Part shown: positions 50,770 through 60,703 of the stretch, one piece after another | Position numbering within the stretch: the first letter of the stretch is position 1 | How the letters are laid out: each line of letters begins with the position of its first letter | Assembly: GCA_963666055.2 (NCBI GenBank) | Contig: CAXWPH010000015.1 | Coordinates: forward strand, 672,001 to 736,000 | Direction of reading: 5' to 3' | Length of the DNA: 64,000 nucleotides | DNA from: Acidobacteriota bacterium | GTDB lineage: Bacteria; Acidobacteriota; UBA890; WLXD01 | Made by a program: the position numbers and the translations under genes | The notes under the pieces: generated by a model | Seen by the model: the letters and a program-made list of their open reading frames with translations, nothing else | Told to the model about the DNA's origin: nothing | Databases searched by the model: none

Positions 50770-51165
50770 ATGAACGAGCTACAGCAACACATAGACACGC
50801 TCGAAGAAAGCTACGAGTTCATGCTCGCCTACGCAGCCCAGGGACTCGAGGGCGACAGCGGAAGCAAGTCCGGAGGCCAACTGCGTGAGTTCCTGCGGCG
50901 CTCAGTGATCGCCCTCACCGAGCTACCCGGGGTCGCGGCCGCATACGCGCCAAGCGGGGACGACACGGCAACAGAAGCCTACGCCGACTTCATGACTGTG
51001 CTCGAGGGCGATGCACGCAGTGGCCGCGCCGCCATTCAGCTGGTGCTATCGCAGCGATCCATCAGCTCGCAACTGGTCGACAACCTCAACGCGTCGATCC
51101 ATCTGCGCGCCCTGCTCACCGATCTATTTCTCCTCGACGAACTGCTGAAGCTGAGCGCCGGATAG
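50770..51165 (+). CDS. Hypothetical helical protein
   Basis: Protein-like 131-aa ORF (IDTLEESYEFMLAYAAQG...ISSQLVDNLNASIHLRALLTDLFLLDE), 15 bp upstream of the next gene. Confidence 0.75.
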   Translation: MNELQQHIDTLEESYEFMLAYAAQGLEGDSGSKSGGQLREFLRRSVIALTELPGVAAAYAPSGDDTATEAYADFMTVLEGDARSGRAAIQLVLSQRSISSQLVDNLNASIHLRALLTDLFLLDELLKLSAG

Positions 51166-51180
51166 CGGGGCCACCAACCG

Positions 51181-52752
51181 ATGGCTCACAGGGAGCTGCC
51201 CGTACCGCGGTTGGACCTGTCTGAGAAGGAGCTCCAGGAGCGCTTCGATACGCTCCAGGAGGCGCTCGTTCCGCTCTGGAAGTCGATCTCGCAGCTAAAC
51301 CAGGAAGAGCAGACGATCGTCGTCGTGCCGTCTGTCTCACTCGACTTCGCGCTGCGTCCCTCCGAGATGCAGGCCTACGAGGAGCGACTACTGTTTCTGC
51401 TGTTGTTGCTGCGACAGCCGCGTGCGCGCATGGTCTACGTCACCGGCCAACCGGTCCCTGAGGCGGTGATCGACTACTACCTTGCCTTGCTGCCTGGGTT
51501 GATACCTAGCCATGCGCGCGCTCGTCTGTTCATGCTGTCGGTAGGCGACGCTGATCCGATCCCGCTCACCCACAAGGTGCTACAGCGTCCGCGATTGATC
51601 GAGCGCATCAAGCATCTCGTGATCGATCCCGAGCGCGCCCATTTGGTGCCGTTCAACACCACCTGGGCAGAGCGCGACTTGGCGCTGCGACTCGGCATTC
51701 CGATGTACGGCAATGACCCTCGTCACGAGCACCTCGGATCCAAGAGCGGCAGCCGGCAGCTGTTCAAGCAGGCCGGGGTCCCCTGCCCCACTGGGTTCGA
51801 GAACCTGCGATCGCTCGACGACATCGTCGGAGCGATCGTCGAGCTCAAGAAGACCCAACCCGGGTGTCCGGCGGCGATCGTCAAGCTCGAAGCGTCGGTA
51901 TCCGGCGAGGGCAATGCCCAGATCGACCTTTCGGGCGTCGATGCCGAGCCGGCGGCCATCGAGCAACAGGTCCGGGAGATGACCACCGAGGTGGTGGGGT
52001 TGTCGGCAGATGACTATCTTGCCAAGTTCGCCCGAATAGGCGGGATCGTCGAAGAGCGCATCGTGGCAGATGGCGTGCTGAGCCCTAGCGCACAGTTGCG
52101 CATCACCCCGCTCCGCGACGTACAGCTGCTCTCGACCCACGATCAGCTTCTCGGGGGGCCCACCGGGCTGAGCTTTCTCGGTGCGCGGTTCCCGGCCGAC
52201 AGCGCCTATGCGTCGATGATCGCTCGGGAGGCGCTGAAGATCGGCCAGCTGATTGCTGAAGAGGGTGTCATCGGGCGCTTCGCGGTCGATTTCCTCACCG
52301 CGAAACAAGACGGCAACTGGAAAGCATGGGCCATCGAGGTAAACCTGCGTAAGGGTGGCACGACACATCCATTCCTGACGCTCCAGTTCCTCACGGACGG
52401 CAACTACGACTGGGAGTCGAATGCGTTCCGTACCCCGAGCGGCCAGCTCAAGTTCCTCGTTGCTAGCGACCACGTCGAGTCGGACGACTACAGGGTGCTC
52501 GAGATCGACGACCTGTTCGACGTCATGGTGGCGCACGGCATCCACTTCGATCACACCCGGCAACGCGGCATCGTGCTGCACATGATGGCCTGCCTGGGCG
52601 ACTGTGGACGCTTCGGCCTGACCGCCGTCGGCGACTCGGCGGACGACGCCCAAGCACTGTACCAGCAGGCGGAACGGGTGCTACTCGAGACGGCGCGAAA
52701 GGCGCGTGTCGATCAAGGGCTTTCCGGCGATACCGAAGAAGCCTGTAGCTAG
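51181..52752 (+). CDS. ATP-grasp peptide ligase, PGM1/BesA-related
   Basis: VVVPS, YEERLLFLL, GSKSGSR, KLEASVSGEGNA, SPSAQ, STHDQLLGG, FAVDF, IEVNLRKGGTTHP. Confidence 0.82.
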   Translation: MAHRELPVPRLDLSEKELQERFDTLQEALVPLWKSISQLNQEEQTIVVVPSVSLDFALRPSEMQAYEERLLFLLLLLRQPRARMVYVTGQPVPEAVIDYYLALLPGLIPSHARARLFMLSVGDADPIPLTHKVLQRPRLIERIKHLVIDPERAHLVPFNTTWAERDLALRLGIPMYGNDPRHEHLGSKSGSRQLFKQAGVPCPTGFENLRSLDDIVGAIVELKKTQPGCPAAIVKLEASVSGEGNAQIDLSGVDAEPAAIEQQVREMTTEVVGLSADDYLAKFARIGGIVEERIVADGVLSPSAQLRITPLRDVQLLSTHDQLLGGPTGLSFLGARFPADSAYASMIAREALKIGQLIAEEGVIGRFAVDFLTAKQDGNWKAWAIEVNLRKGGTTHPFLTLQFLTDGNYDWESNAFRTPSGQLKFLVASDHVESDDYRVLEIDDLFDVMVAHGIHFDHTRQRGIVLHMMACLGDCGRFGLTAVGDSADDAQALYQQAERVLLETARKARVDQGLSGDTEEACS

Positions 52753-52848
52753 CCGGCCGGCCGCTTGCGACCGCTCGGTTGCGCCGCGCGACCGCCGCTG
52801 CGGTGCTAGAATTCGCCGCAAAACTGTCCCGGCCTCGTGGAGCCTGAG

Positions 52849-53547
52849 ATGTCCACCGAACACGACAATGACGACTTGGTTCTGAGCGAGCTCGCCACCG
52901 ACGAGCTCGTCGACCAGATGCACGACGATCTCTACGATGGACTAGCTGAGGAGATCGGCGAGAGCACTACTATCCTGCTCGATCGCGGCTGGGAAGCGAA
53001 AAAGGTGCTCGACGATGCGCTGGTCAGCGCCATGAACGTCGTCGGCGAGGACTTCCGCGACGGAATTCTCTTCGTTCCCGAGGTGTTGATGTCCGCCAAT
53101 GCCATGAAGGCTGGCATGGCCATTCTGCAGCCGATTCTTACCCAGACCGGCGCGGAGCCGGTCGGAAAGATGGTCATCGGTACCGTCAAGGGTGACATCC
53201 ACGACATCGGCAAGAATCTCGTCGGCATGATGCTGGAAGGTGCGGGGTTCGAGGTCATCGATCTGGGCATCAACACCGACGCCGACTCTTACATCGAGGC
53301 GTTGAAGGAGCACCGTCCGGACATCCTCGGAATGTCTGCGTTGCTCACCACAACGATGCCGTACATGAAGGTCGTCATCGACACGCTCAAGGAGCAAGGC
53401 CTGCGCGACCAGTTCATCGTCATGGTGGGCGGCGCACCGCTCAACGAGGAGTTCGGGCGAGCCATCGGTGCCGACGCGTACTGTCGTGACGCCGCTACCG
53501 CGGTCGAAGTTGCCAAGCGACTCGTAGCTGAGCGACGCGCCTCCTGA
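52849..53547 (+). CDS. Corrinoid (B12-binding) protein, MtgC/MttC-like
   Basis: FVPEVLMSANAM cap domain; GTVKGDIHDIGKNLV (DxHxxG), SALLTTT, VGGAP. Confidence 0.95.
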   Translation: MSTEHDNDDLVLSELATDELVDQMHDDLYDGLAEEIGESTTILLDRGWEAKKVLDDALVSAMNVVGEDFRDGILFVPEVLMSANAMKAGMAILQPILTQTGAEPVGKMVIGTVKGDIHDIGKNLVGMMLEGAGFEVIDLGINTDADSYIEALKEHRPDILGMSALLTTTMPYMKVVIDTLKEQGLRDQFIVMVGGAPLNEEFGRAIGADAYCRDAATAVEVAKRLVAERRAS

Positions 53548-53564
53548 CCGGGGCGAGGACACCC

Positions 53565-53669
53565 GTGCCGACACGCGTACTCATACTCGCCTGCGGAGCT
53601 CTCGGCCTCGAGGAGTTGGCCGCTCCACTCAACCGGGCAGCCGAAGGGGAGGTCGCATGGCGCAGTTGA
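53565..53669 (+). pseudogene. Collapsed DUF1638 gene (N- and C-termini fused)
   Basis: RBS GAGG + GTG; translation MPTRVLILACGAL-GLEELAAPLNRAAEGEVAWRS*; LACGAL resembles the DUF1638 N-terminal motif; expected syntenic position. Confidence 0.65.
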
Positions 53670-53971
53670 TCACGATCTACTGGCGCGACATTCCGGCGCA
53701 GGTGATCGGCCGCAGCGGCCGTACCCGCGTCAAGGTCGAGCTGCCGCCGCGGTTTGCGCAAGCGATCGACAGCGCGGCGATGCGCGCCGGCCGCGGTAGT
53801 AGCGACGAGTACCTCGCCGATTGGCGACGCGATCGCCGACCGTGCTCCGGGAATCTCGAAGAGGAGGTGGCCGCGCAGGTCGCACAACTCGAAAGCGAGT
53901 TCTCCGAAAGCGCCCTACGAGCCATAGTCCGGGCCAACGGCCTGGCGCAAACCCGCGAGCCAGCCCAATGA
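53657..53971 (+). CDS. 'Virulence factor' domain small protein of corrinoid clusters
   Basis: IYWRDIPAQV, LPPRFAQAIDSAAM, YLADWRR. Confidence 0.85.
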   Translation: MAQLITIYWRDIPAQVIGRSGRTRVKVELPPRFAQAIDSAAMRAGRGSSDEYLADWRRDRRPCSGNLEEEVAAQVAQLESEFSESALRAIVRANGLAQTREPAQ

Positions 53972-54867
53972 CCGATACGGTAATTAGCTCCGCCACGCGC
54001 CAGGTGACGATCGGGTTCGATCGACGGTTCGTGGTCATCGGTGAGCGCATCAACCCCACGGGTCGCAAGCTTCTCGCCGCCGAGATGAAGGCCGGCGACT
54101 ACACTCGGGTCGAAGCCGACGCCGTGGCTCAGGTTGCCGCCGGCGCCACCATGCTCGACATCAACGCGGGCATTCCTCTGGCCGATGAGCCGGCGATCCT
54201 GGCTCGTTGCATCGAGCTTGTACAAGCGGTGACCGACGTACCACTGTCGATTGACTCCTCGGTGGTCGCGGCTCTGGAAGCAGGGCTGGCGGTGTATAAG
54301 GGCAAACCGCTGCTCAACTCGGTAACCGGCGAGGAAGAGCGTCTGGAGGCCGTGCTGCCGCTGGTCAAGAAGTACGGTGCCGCGGTCGTCGCGATCTCCA
54401 ACGATGACACCGGCATCTCTCAGGACATCAACGTGCGCTTCGAGGTGGCCAAGAAGATTGTCGAGCGCGCCGCCGATCACGGCATTCCGGCAAGCGACAT
54501 CGTCGTCGATCCCCTCGTCATGCCGGTCGGCGCAATCAACGACGCCGGACGGCAGGTGCTCGAGCTCGTTCGCCGCTTGCGCACCGAGCTCAAAGTCAAC
54601 ATGACCTGCGGCGCCTCGAACTTCAGCTTCGGTTTACCGAATCGACACGGAATGAACGCCGCCTTCATCGCCAGCGCCATCGGGGCAGGTCTCACATCGG
54701 CCATCACCGACCCCCTCGACGCCGGCATCATGCAGGCGGCACGCGCTGCCGATGTCATCGCCGGTCATGATCCGGAGTGCGCCCGCTGGCTCGCCGTCTA
54801 CCGCCAGGCCCCGGCAGCCGGCAGCGAACGCCAGCGCCGCGGCAAACGCGCGCGCCGGCTTCCGTGA
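53968..54867 (+). CDS. Methyltetrahydrofolate:corrinoid methyltransferase (pterin-binding)
   Basis: IGERINPTGRK, LDINAG, PLSIDSS, NSVTGEEE, VDPLVMP, GASNFSFGLP; ATGA overlap with upstream gene. Confidence 0.92.
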   Translation: MTDTVISSATRQVTIGFDRRFVVIGERINPTGRKLLAAEMKAGDYTRVEADAVAQVAAGATMLDINAGIPLADEPAILARCIELVQAVTDVPLSIDSSVVAALEAGLAVYKGKPLLNSVTGEEERLEAVLPLVKKYGAAVVAISNDDTGISQDINVRFEVAKKIVERAADHGIPASDIVVDPLVMPVGAINDAGRQVLELVRRLRTELKVNMTCGASNFSFGLPNRHGMNAAFIASAIGAGLTSAITDPLDAGIMQAARAADVIAGHDPECARWLAVYRQAPAAGSERQRRGKRARRLP

Positions 54868-54874
54868 ACGGACA

Positions 54875-56896
54875 GTGGCACAGCCCGACGCGCTGATCGT
54901 CTTCACCCCCTCGGGAAAGCGAGGGCGATTCGCCCTCGACACGCCGATACTCGACGCCGCTCGGCAGCTCGGCGTCGATATCGATTCAGTGTGTGGGGGT
55001 CGCGGCATCTGCGGCCGCTGCCAGGTGACGCTGAGCGAGGGCAAATTCGCCAAGCACGGAATCACCTCGCAGGCAGACCACCTGACACCGTTGTCTGAAC
55101 CTGAACAGCGCTATGCCGACAAGAGCGGGCTCGGGACGGACCGTAGGTTGAGCTGCCACACACGGCTGCGCGGCGATGTGGTCATTGACGTACCGGCGAG
55201 CAGCCAGGTACATCGCCAGGTCGTGCGTAAAGAACTCGACGCACGTGATATCGAGCTCGATCCGGTGGTCCGATTGCACTTCGTCGTGGTGGCGGAGCCT
55301 GACATGGACGAACCGACGGCGGACCTCGAGCGGCTTTGCGACGCGCTGGAACGCGAGTGGGGGATAGCCGACCTGACCTGCGATCCGACCGCGCTCCGCC
55401 GACTGCAACCGGCACTCCGCGACGGCAAGTGGTCGGTGACGGTGGCGGTCCGCAAAGGCAGCGAGATCGTCGCGGTCTGGCCAGGTTTTCTCGACACCAT
55501 CTACGGCATGGCGGTGGATGTTGGCTCGACCACCATTGCGGCACATCTTTGCGATCTTTACACCGGGGAGGTCGTCGCCAGCGCCGGGGTCATGAATCCG
55601 CAGATTCGGTTCGGCGAGGACCTCATGAGCCGAGTCTCCTACGTGATGATGAACCCGGGCGGCGAAGAACAGCTGACCAAGGTCGTCCGCGAGGCCATCG
55701 CCACGCTGGCCGCAGAGGTGAGCGCCGCCGCAGGTGTGTCACCTACCGACGTTCTCGAAGTCACCCTGGTCGGCAATCCGGTGATGCACCATCTGTTGCT
55801 CGGTATCGATCCGACACCGCTGGGAACCGCGCCCTTCGCGCTGGCCACCGCGCGCGCCACGACGCTGCCTGCCAGGCAACTGGAGCTCGGAGTTCACCCC
55901 GGAGCTCGAGCGTACCTTCTACCTTGTATCGCCGGGCACGTCGGCGCCGACACCGCCGGCATGCTGCTGGCGGAAGCGCCCTACCGCGACGATGCGATCA
56001 CGCTGCTGGTCGACGTGGGGACGAATGCCGAGCTCGTGCTCGGAAGCCGCAAGAGCTTGGTGGCCGCCTCCAGCCCCACCGGGCCCGCCTTCGAGGGAGC
56101 ACAAATCAGCTGCGGTCAGCGCGCCGCGCCAGGCGCGATCGAGAGGGGGCGTATCGATCGCGACACCCTGGAGCCGCGGTTCAAGGTCATCGGCTGCGAG
56201 CTCTGGTCGGACGACCCCGAGTTCGCCGAACAGACGAGCGCAACGGGTGTCACCGGTGTCTGCGGCTCCGGCATCATCGAGGTGGTTGCCGAGATGTATC
56301 TGACCGGCATCATCGACGCGGACGGGGCGATCGACGGACGGCTTGCCGAGCGCAGCCCCCGGATCGTGGCGGACGGCCGTACCCATGCCTACGTATTGCA
56401 CGAAGGCGAGCCCCGAGTGCGTATCGTCCAGAACGATGTTCGCGCCATTCAGCTGGCCAAAGGCGCCCTATACGCTGGTGCCCGCCTGCTGATGGAGCGC
56501 CTGGGCGTCGAGAAGGTGGATCGCATCCGGCTGGCGGGCGCCTTCGGCAGCCATATCGACGTGAAGTACGCCATGGTGCTGGGCATGATCCCCGACTGCG
56601 ACTTGAGCCAGGTCTCCTCGGCCGGCAACGCTGCCGGTGCCGGCGCACGCATCGCGCTGCTCGATGGCAGCGCCCGCGCCGAGATCGAGACCTGGGTGCG
56701 CCGCATCGAGAAGGTAGAGACGGCGGTGGCCGACCGCTTTCAGCATCACTTCATCAACGCGATGGCCATACCGAACAAGGAGGAGCCGTTCCCCGAGCTC
56801 GCCAAGGTCGTAACGCTGCCGGCGCCGAAGCAGGCGGCCGACACCGATCGACGAGGTCGGCGAGGTCGCCGGCGGCGCAGCCCACCGAGGAGGTAG
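54875..56896 (+). CDS. ATP-dependent reductive activator of corrinoid proteins (RACo/RamA-like; 2Fe-2S + ASKHA)
   Basis: CGGRGICGRC...RLSC, DVGSTT, GHVGAD, DVGTNAE, GPAFEG, CGSG, AGAFGS, GNAAG. Confidence 0.92.
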   Translation: MAQPDALIVFTPSGKRGRFALDTPILDAARQLGVDIDSVCGGRGICGRCQVTLSEGKFAKHGITSQADHLTPLSEPEQRYADKSGLGTDRRLSCHTRLRGDVVIDVPASSQVHRQVVRKELDARDIELDPVVRLHFVVVAEPDMDEPTADLERLCDALEREWGIADLTCDPTALRRLQPALRDGKWSVTVAVRKGSEIVAVWPGFLDTIYGMAVDVGSTTIAAHLCDLYTGEVVASAGVMNPQIRFGEDLMSRVSYVMMNPGGEEQLTKVVREAIATLAAEVSAAAGVSPTDVLEVTLVGNPVMHHLLLGIDPTPLGTAPFALATARATTLPARQLELGVHPGARAYLLPCIAGHVGADTAGMLLAEAPYRDDAITLLVDVGTNAELVLGSRKSLVAASSPTGPAFEGAQISCGQRAAPGAIERGRIDRDTLEPRFKVIGCELWSDDPEFAEQTSATGVTGVCGSGIIEVVAEMYLTGIIDADGAIDGRLAERSPRIVADGRTHAYVLHEGEPRVRIVQNDVRAIQLAKGALYAGARLLMERLGVEKVDRIRLAGAFGSHIDVKYAMVLGMIPDCDLSQVSSAGNAAGAGARIALLDGSARAEIETWVRRIEKVETAVADRFQHHFINAMAIPNKEEPFPELAKVVTLPAPKQAADTDRRGRRGRRRRSPPRR

Positions 56897-56920
56897 CCGG
56901 GGGCTGAAGAACTCTGCTAG
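56893..56920. repeat. Family B TIR remnant/footprint
   Basis: GTAGCCGGGGGCTGAAGAACTCTG matches 10842-10865 at 20/24, overlaps the RACo TAG stop and is followed by CTAG. Confidence 0.45.
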
Positions 56921-56924
56921 GCGG

Positions 56925-58451
56925 TCAGCCCCGCGGTGTCCTTCGGCGCCGCCGTTTCTTGGGTTCAGCTCGAACCGCAGCGTCCTGAGCTACCGGGGGC
57001 GGTACCGCCGGGAGCTCTTCCTGCGACTCGAAGCCCGACGTGATCAGGCGACCCAGCTCCGCCACCACGGCGGCATCGGTATCGAGGGGCTCGTACTTGG
57101 CGAGCCGTTCCTCGACCTCGTCGGCAGCGCGCTCAGGAAGCTCCTTGCCGCCCTGCTTGATCCAGGCCTCGCGGTTCTCGCGATCCACGACGGGGGAAGT
57201 GAGATAGAGCTCCTGCGGCCAATGCTCGAGCGTGTGCTCAGCGGTGATCAGGTGGTTCTCCGCCATCAGCGCGTCCGCCAGGCGGGCAATCGGCAGGTCA
57301 TCCAGTAGCCGGATCTCACGCACGAAGTGGAGCGCCTGCCCGCACATCTCATCGTCGAACACGAGCTTCGCGAGGCTGAAGACGAGCACGAAATCGAGCA
57401 TCCCAGGACCCGATACCGAGTTAACGCCGGCCAGCGCAGCCAGCAGCGCTGACCCGAACGTCTCAGCGCCCGCCTGTGCATCGAGAAGCTTGGCATCGCT
57501 GAGCGCCATATACGCCTGTGTGGGCAAGTCGAGCGACTTGGCAACGGCAACATAGGCGGTATCCAGCTGCAGCGCTTCGATCGCCGCCATCGGAGCGCTC
57601 GCTGCTTTCATGTGGAAGGTCGCCGGGGCCCCCCCGAAGATCACCGGCGTGCCCTGCCTAACGATCTGGGCCATCGTCAGCCCCGCGAGCACATCGACGG
57701 TGTGAAACACCGTCGCCCCCACCAGCGTCACCGGTGCGATGAGCCCCATCAGGGTGACCGGGACGATCTCGATCGGAATTCCCCGCTCGGCACAGTCGAT
57801 GATGTTCTGGCACGAATCCTCGCCATAGCGGAAGTTCCCCGTCGCGGTGATCGTGAAAATCGACATCGGACGCGCCATCAGATCGGCAGCGTCGTCGCGG
57901 AACAGTTGCATCATGTCCGCCATCCGAGGCACGCCGTCGGCCGTGAACGACCCCGACACCACCGGCTTGCGACTATTGGTCAGACAAATGTAGAGCCGCC
58001 ACGCATCGGAAACCTGCGCCTCGATGTCGTCGTTGGTGGAGAACGCCGTGGCGAGATAGGCGATGTTGGTGAGCCCATCGCACAACCGAACGTACTCGGT
58101 AAAGTCGGTGGAGTTCGCTAACCGGGTCTCGCCGGTGCGATGGTCCAGGACCTTTAGCCCGCTCGAGCCCGGAACGAAGTGCACGTTGTTGCCGCCAATC
58201 TCCGTGTAGGAAGAACCATGGCGATCAAACAAGGTGAATGACTTGGGAGTGCTGGCGATCGCCGCCTCGACCACGTCCGCCGGGAACAGCACCCGCTCCC
58301 CGGAGGCATCGAGCGGCAGCCCATGATCGAGCAAGAGCTGCCGCATCACCGGGCCCCGAATCTCCATACCGGTCTCGGCCAGAAACCGCTTGGCCTCGTC
58401 GAGAACCTGCGCGATGAGATCATCACTCAAGATGTTCAGTGTGGGACGCAT
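56925..58451 (-). CDS. Trimethylamine methyltransferase (MttB) superfamily protein, non-pyrrolysine
   Basis: [44 protein letters not shown]; Leu rather than an amber codon before SDAK. Confidence 0.9.
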   Translation of the reverse strand: MRPTLNILSDDLIAQVLDEAKRFLAETGMEIRGPVMRQLLLDHGLPLDASGERVLFPADVVEAAIASTPKSFTLFDRHGSSYTEIGGNNVHFVPGSSGLKVLDHRTGETRLANSTDFTEYVRLCDGLTNIAYLATAFSTNDDIEAQVSDAWRLYICLTNSRKPVVSGSFTADGVPRMADMMQLFRDDAADLMARPMSIFTITATGNFRYGEDSCQNIIDCAERGIPIEIVPVTLMGLIAPVTLVGATVFHTVDVLAGLTMAQIVRQGTPVIFGGAPATFHMKAASAPMAAIEALQLDTAYVAVAKSLDLPTQAYMALSDAKLLDAQAGAETFGSALLAALAGVNSVSGPGMLDFVLVFSLAKLVFDDEMCGQALHFVREIRLLDDLPIARLADALMAENHLITAEHTLEHWPQELYLTSPVVDRENREAWIKQGGKELPERAADEVEERLAKYEPLDTDAAVVAELGRLITSGFESQEELPAVPPPVAQDAAVRAEPKKRRRRRTPRG

Positions 58452-58592
58452 GGCTCTACCTCGCAGCACTTCAACTACGGTGGACCGCCGCTAAGACTAC
58501 CGGCGCTCAAGCGTGACGGCAACGTCGGCTCTGCTAAGCTGTCGGGGTTGAAATCTTCTGCCAAACCGAACTCGAATCGAGCCCTGCTGGCA

Positions 58593-59846
58593 ATGCGCGC
58601 CACGCTGCTCGCGGCGCTGCTGCTCGCGGCGCTGGCGGCAGGGCCTGCGCCGCGCCCTCTACAGCAGGACGCCAACGCCTGGCCGCACCTCCTCGGGCCT
58701 CGGCGCGACGGAACCGCCCCGACAACCCGAATCGCCGCGTGGCCTGCCGACGGGCCGCGAGTGCTCTGGAGACGCAGCGTCGGTGAGGGATTCGCCGGCC
58801 CGGCGGTGGCAGCTGGACGACTGCTACTGTTTCACCGCGTCGCCGACGAGGAAGTGCTGGAGTCGCTGGATCCCGCTACTGGTCGACCCACTTGGTCGGC
58901 ATCGTACGCCACAGACTATCGGGACGACTTCGGCTTCGACGAGGGGCCGCGGGCCACACCCACCGTTGCGCAGGGGCGAGTGTTCACGCTGGGCGCCCAA
59001 GGCGAGCTTCAGGCCGTCGATCTGGCCACCGGGCAGAGGCTGTGGTCAGTCGGCACGCACGCCCGCTTCGGGGTTCGCAAAGGGTTCTTCGGCGCCGCAT
59101 CGGCACCATTGGTCGACGGCGATCACGTCATGGTCAACGTTGGTGGCCGCGACGCTGGAATCGTCGCGTTCGATGTTGCCAGCGGTGAGGTCGTCTGGAC
59201 CGCCACGGATCACGAAGCCAGCTACTCGGCGCCCGTGACTGCTGATCTCGGGGGGCACCACAGCGCGCTGTTCTTCACCCGCAACGGCCTGGTCGAGATC
59301 GACCCGGCGAGCGGCCGCGTACGCGCCGACTACCCCTGGCGCTCACGCTCGCGTTCATCGGTAAATGCCGCGAGTCCCCTCGTAATCGGTGAGCGCGTGT
59401 ACCTTTCTGCTAGCTACGGTACTGGTGCCGTGCTCCTGGAGCGCAGCGCCGCGGGTTTCATACCGGTCTGGTCGTCAGACGACGTGCTGACGAATCACTA
59501 TTCCACCAGCGTCCATCACCGCGGTTACCTCTATGGCTTCCACGGTCGCCAGGAGTACGGGCAGTCGCTACGTGCCGTCGAGTTGAGCACCGGGAAACTA
59601 GCCTGGGAGGTCAAGCGCTTCGGTGCCGGCACCCTGCTGCTCGCAAACGACCGTCTGCTTATCTTGCGTGAGCGTGGCGAGCTGGTGCTGGCCGAGGCTA
59701 CGCCAGAGGCTTTTCGGCCCTTGGCTAGCTCCCGCATCCTCGATGGAACGGTGCGAGCCTATCCGGCATTGGCGAACAGCATGCTGTTCGCCAGAAACGA
59801 GAGCGAGCTCATTGCGGTCGAGCTTTCCTCTCCCCCGGTGAACTAG
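58593..59846 (+). CDS. Secreted PQQ-like (BamB-type) beta-propeller protein
   Basis: WPHLLGPRRDG, GPRATP, repeated D/xxTG..xW blades, AYPALAN..LFARN; signal peptide. Confidence 0.85.
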   Translation: MRATLLAALLLAALAAGPAPRPLQQDANAWPHLLGPRRDGTAPTTRIAAWPADGPRVLWRRSVGEGFAGPAVAAGRLLLFHRVADEEVLESLDPATGRPTWSASYATDYRDDFGFDEGPRATPTVAQGRVFTLGAQGELQAVDLATGQRLWSVGTHARFGVRKGFFGAASAPLVDGDHVMVNVGGRDAGIVAFDVASGEVVWTATDHEASYSAPVTADLGGHHSALFFTRNGLVEIDPASGRVRADYPWRSRSRSSVNAASPLVIGERVYLSASYGTGAVLLERSAAGFIPVWSSDDVLTNHYSTSVHHRGYLYGFHGRQEYGQSLRAVELSTGKLAWEVKRFGAGTLLLANDRLLILRERGELVLAEATPEAFRPLASSRILDGTVRAYPALANSMLFARNESELIAVELSSPPVN

Positions 59847-59906
59847 AAAGTCGCGCACCAGCCGGGGCCGGATGGCCCCTTCCCGTACTGGGGTAACCCT
59901 ACTCGC

Positions 59907-60608
59907 CTAGTCGGCCGGCCGCCGGAACTTCAGCGCGAAACGGTCGATCGTCCAGCGGCTGCCCCGGAAGCTCTGGTCGAAGTCGTCGTCAGGGTTGGCG
60001 TACATCTCCGAGCGCTCCACCAGCTCGAACCCGGCCGCGGTCAGAGCGTCGACCACGTGTTGCTCGTTGATGCGGTGCGTGCTGTCGTCGAAGCCTTCCT
60101 TCGGAGTCCGCGCATCGACGACGCCGAAGATCCCGCCCGGCTTGAGCGCGGCGAGATACGACGCATAGATCGGACCGGTATTGCCACGGTTCTCAAGGTC
60201 GTGGATGTTCCGAACCGTGATCATCACGTCCACGCTGCCCGGCGTTACCTCGGCGAAGTCGGTGAACACCACGACGTTTGACAGGCCGGCGGCCTCGACG
60301 CGCTCCGCCGTGCTGCCACGACGATCGGGACCCGCCAGTACCTGCCCATGCTCCACTATCAGCGACAGCACGTGGGTGTTGTAGCCGCCACCTGGCATCA
60401 GATCGACGACCGTCATGTCGGGCTCGACGCCAAAGAACTCGTAGAGCTCCAGGGGCTTGCTGCCGGCATCACGCTCGCGGTCGGCGTCGGTTCGCAGCGG
60501 ATCATCGAGAGCGCTCTGGCCTTGCGCCAGGCCGAGCGTCGCAGCGACGGCAAGTGCCACCACAGCGGCGGTCGGCGAACGGAAATGCACACGGCTCTTG
60601 CAGAACAT
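59907..60608 (-). CDS. Class I SAM-dependent methyltransferase-like protein with signal peptide (COG4798-like)
   Basis: DRERD..KPLELYEFFG, VVDLMPGGGYNT, RNIHD, LKPGG, HRI, ANPDD, DRFALKF. Confidence 0.8.
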   Translation of the reverse strand: MFCKSRVHFRSPTAAVVALAVAATLGLAQGQSALDDPLRTDADRERDAGSKPLELYEFFGVEPDMTVVDLMPGGGYNTHVLSLIVEHGQVLAGPDRRGSTAERVEAAGLSNVVVFTDFAEVTPGSVDVMITVRNIHDLENRGNTGPIYASYLAALKPGGIFGVVDARTPKEGFDDSTHRINEQHVVDALTAAGFELVERSEMYANPDDDFDQSFRGSRWTIDRFALKFRRPAD

Positions 60609-60703
60609 TGCTTCTACTCCACAACGATGGGGATCGATCGAACGAGCCTATCTATCCACACATGGCATACAAACGCCAAGCGCCGCACGCGCCGCCGCTG
60701 CCA

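Noticed and set aside
52753-52848. Cobalamin riboswitch upstream of the corrinoid genes
   Set aside because: Too short, and no B12-box or GGGAA/GCCACTG elements are visible; none at 50664-50769 either.
53657-53971. Pathogenicity implied by the 'virulence factor' domain name
   Set aside because: The name is a family label; the context is a corrinoid methyl-transfer cluster.
56925-58451. Pyrrolysine-containing trimethylamine methyltransferase
   Set aside because: The ORF is uninterrupted; Leu occupies the position before SDAK.
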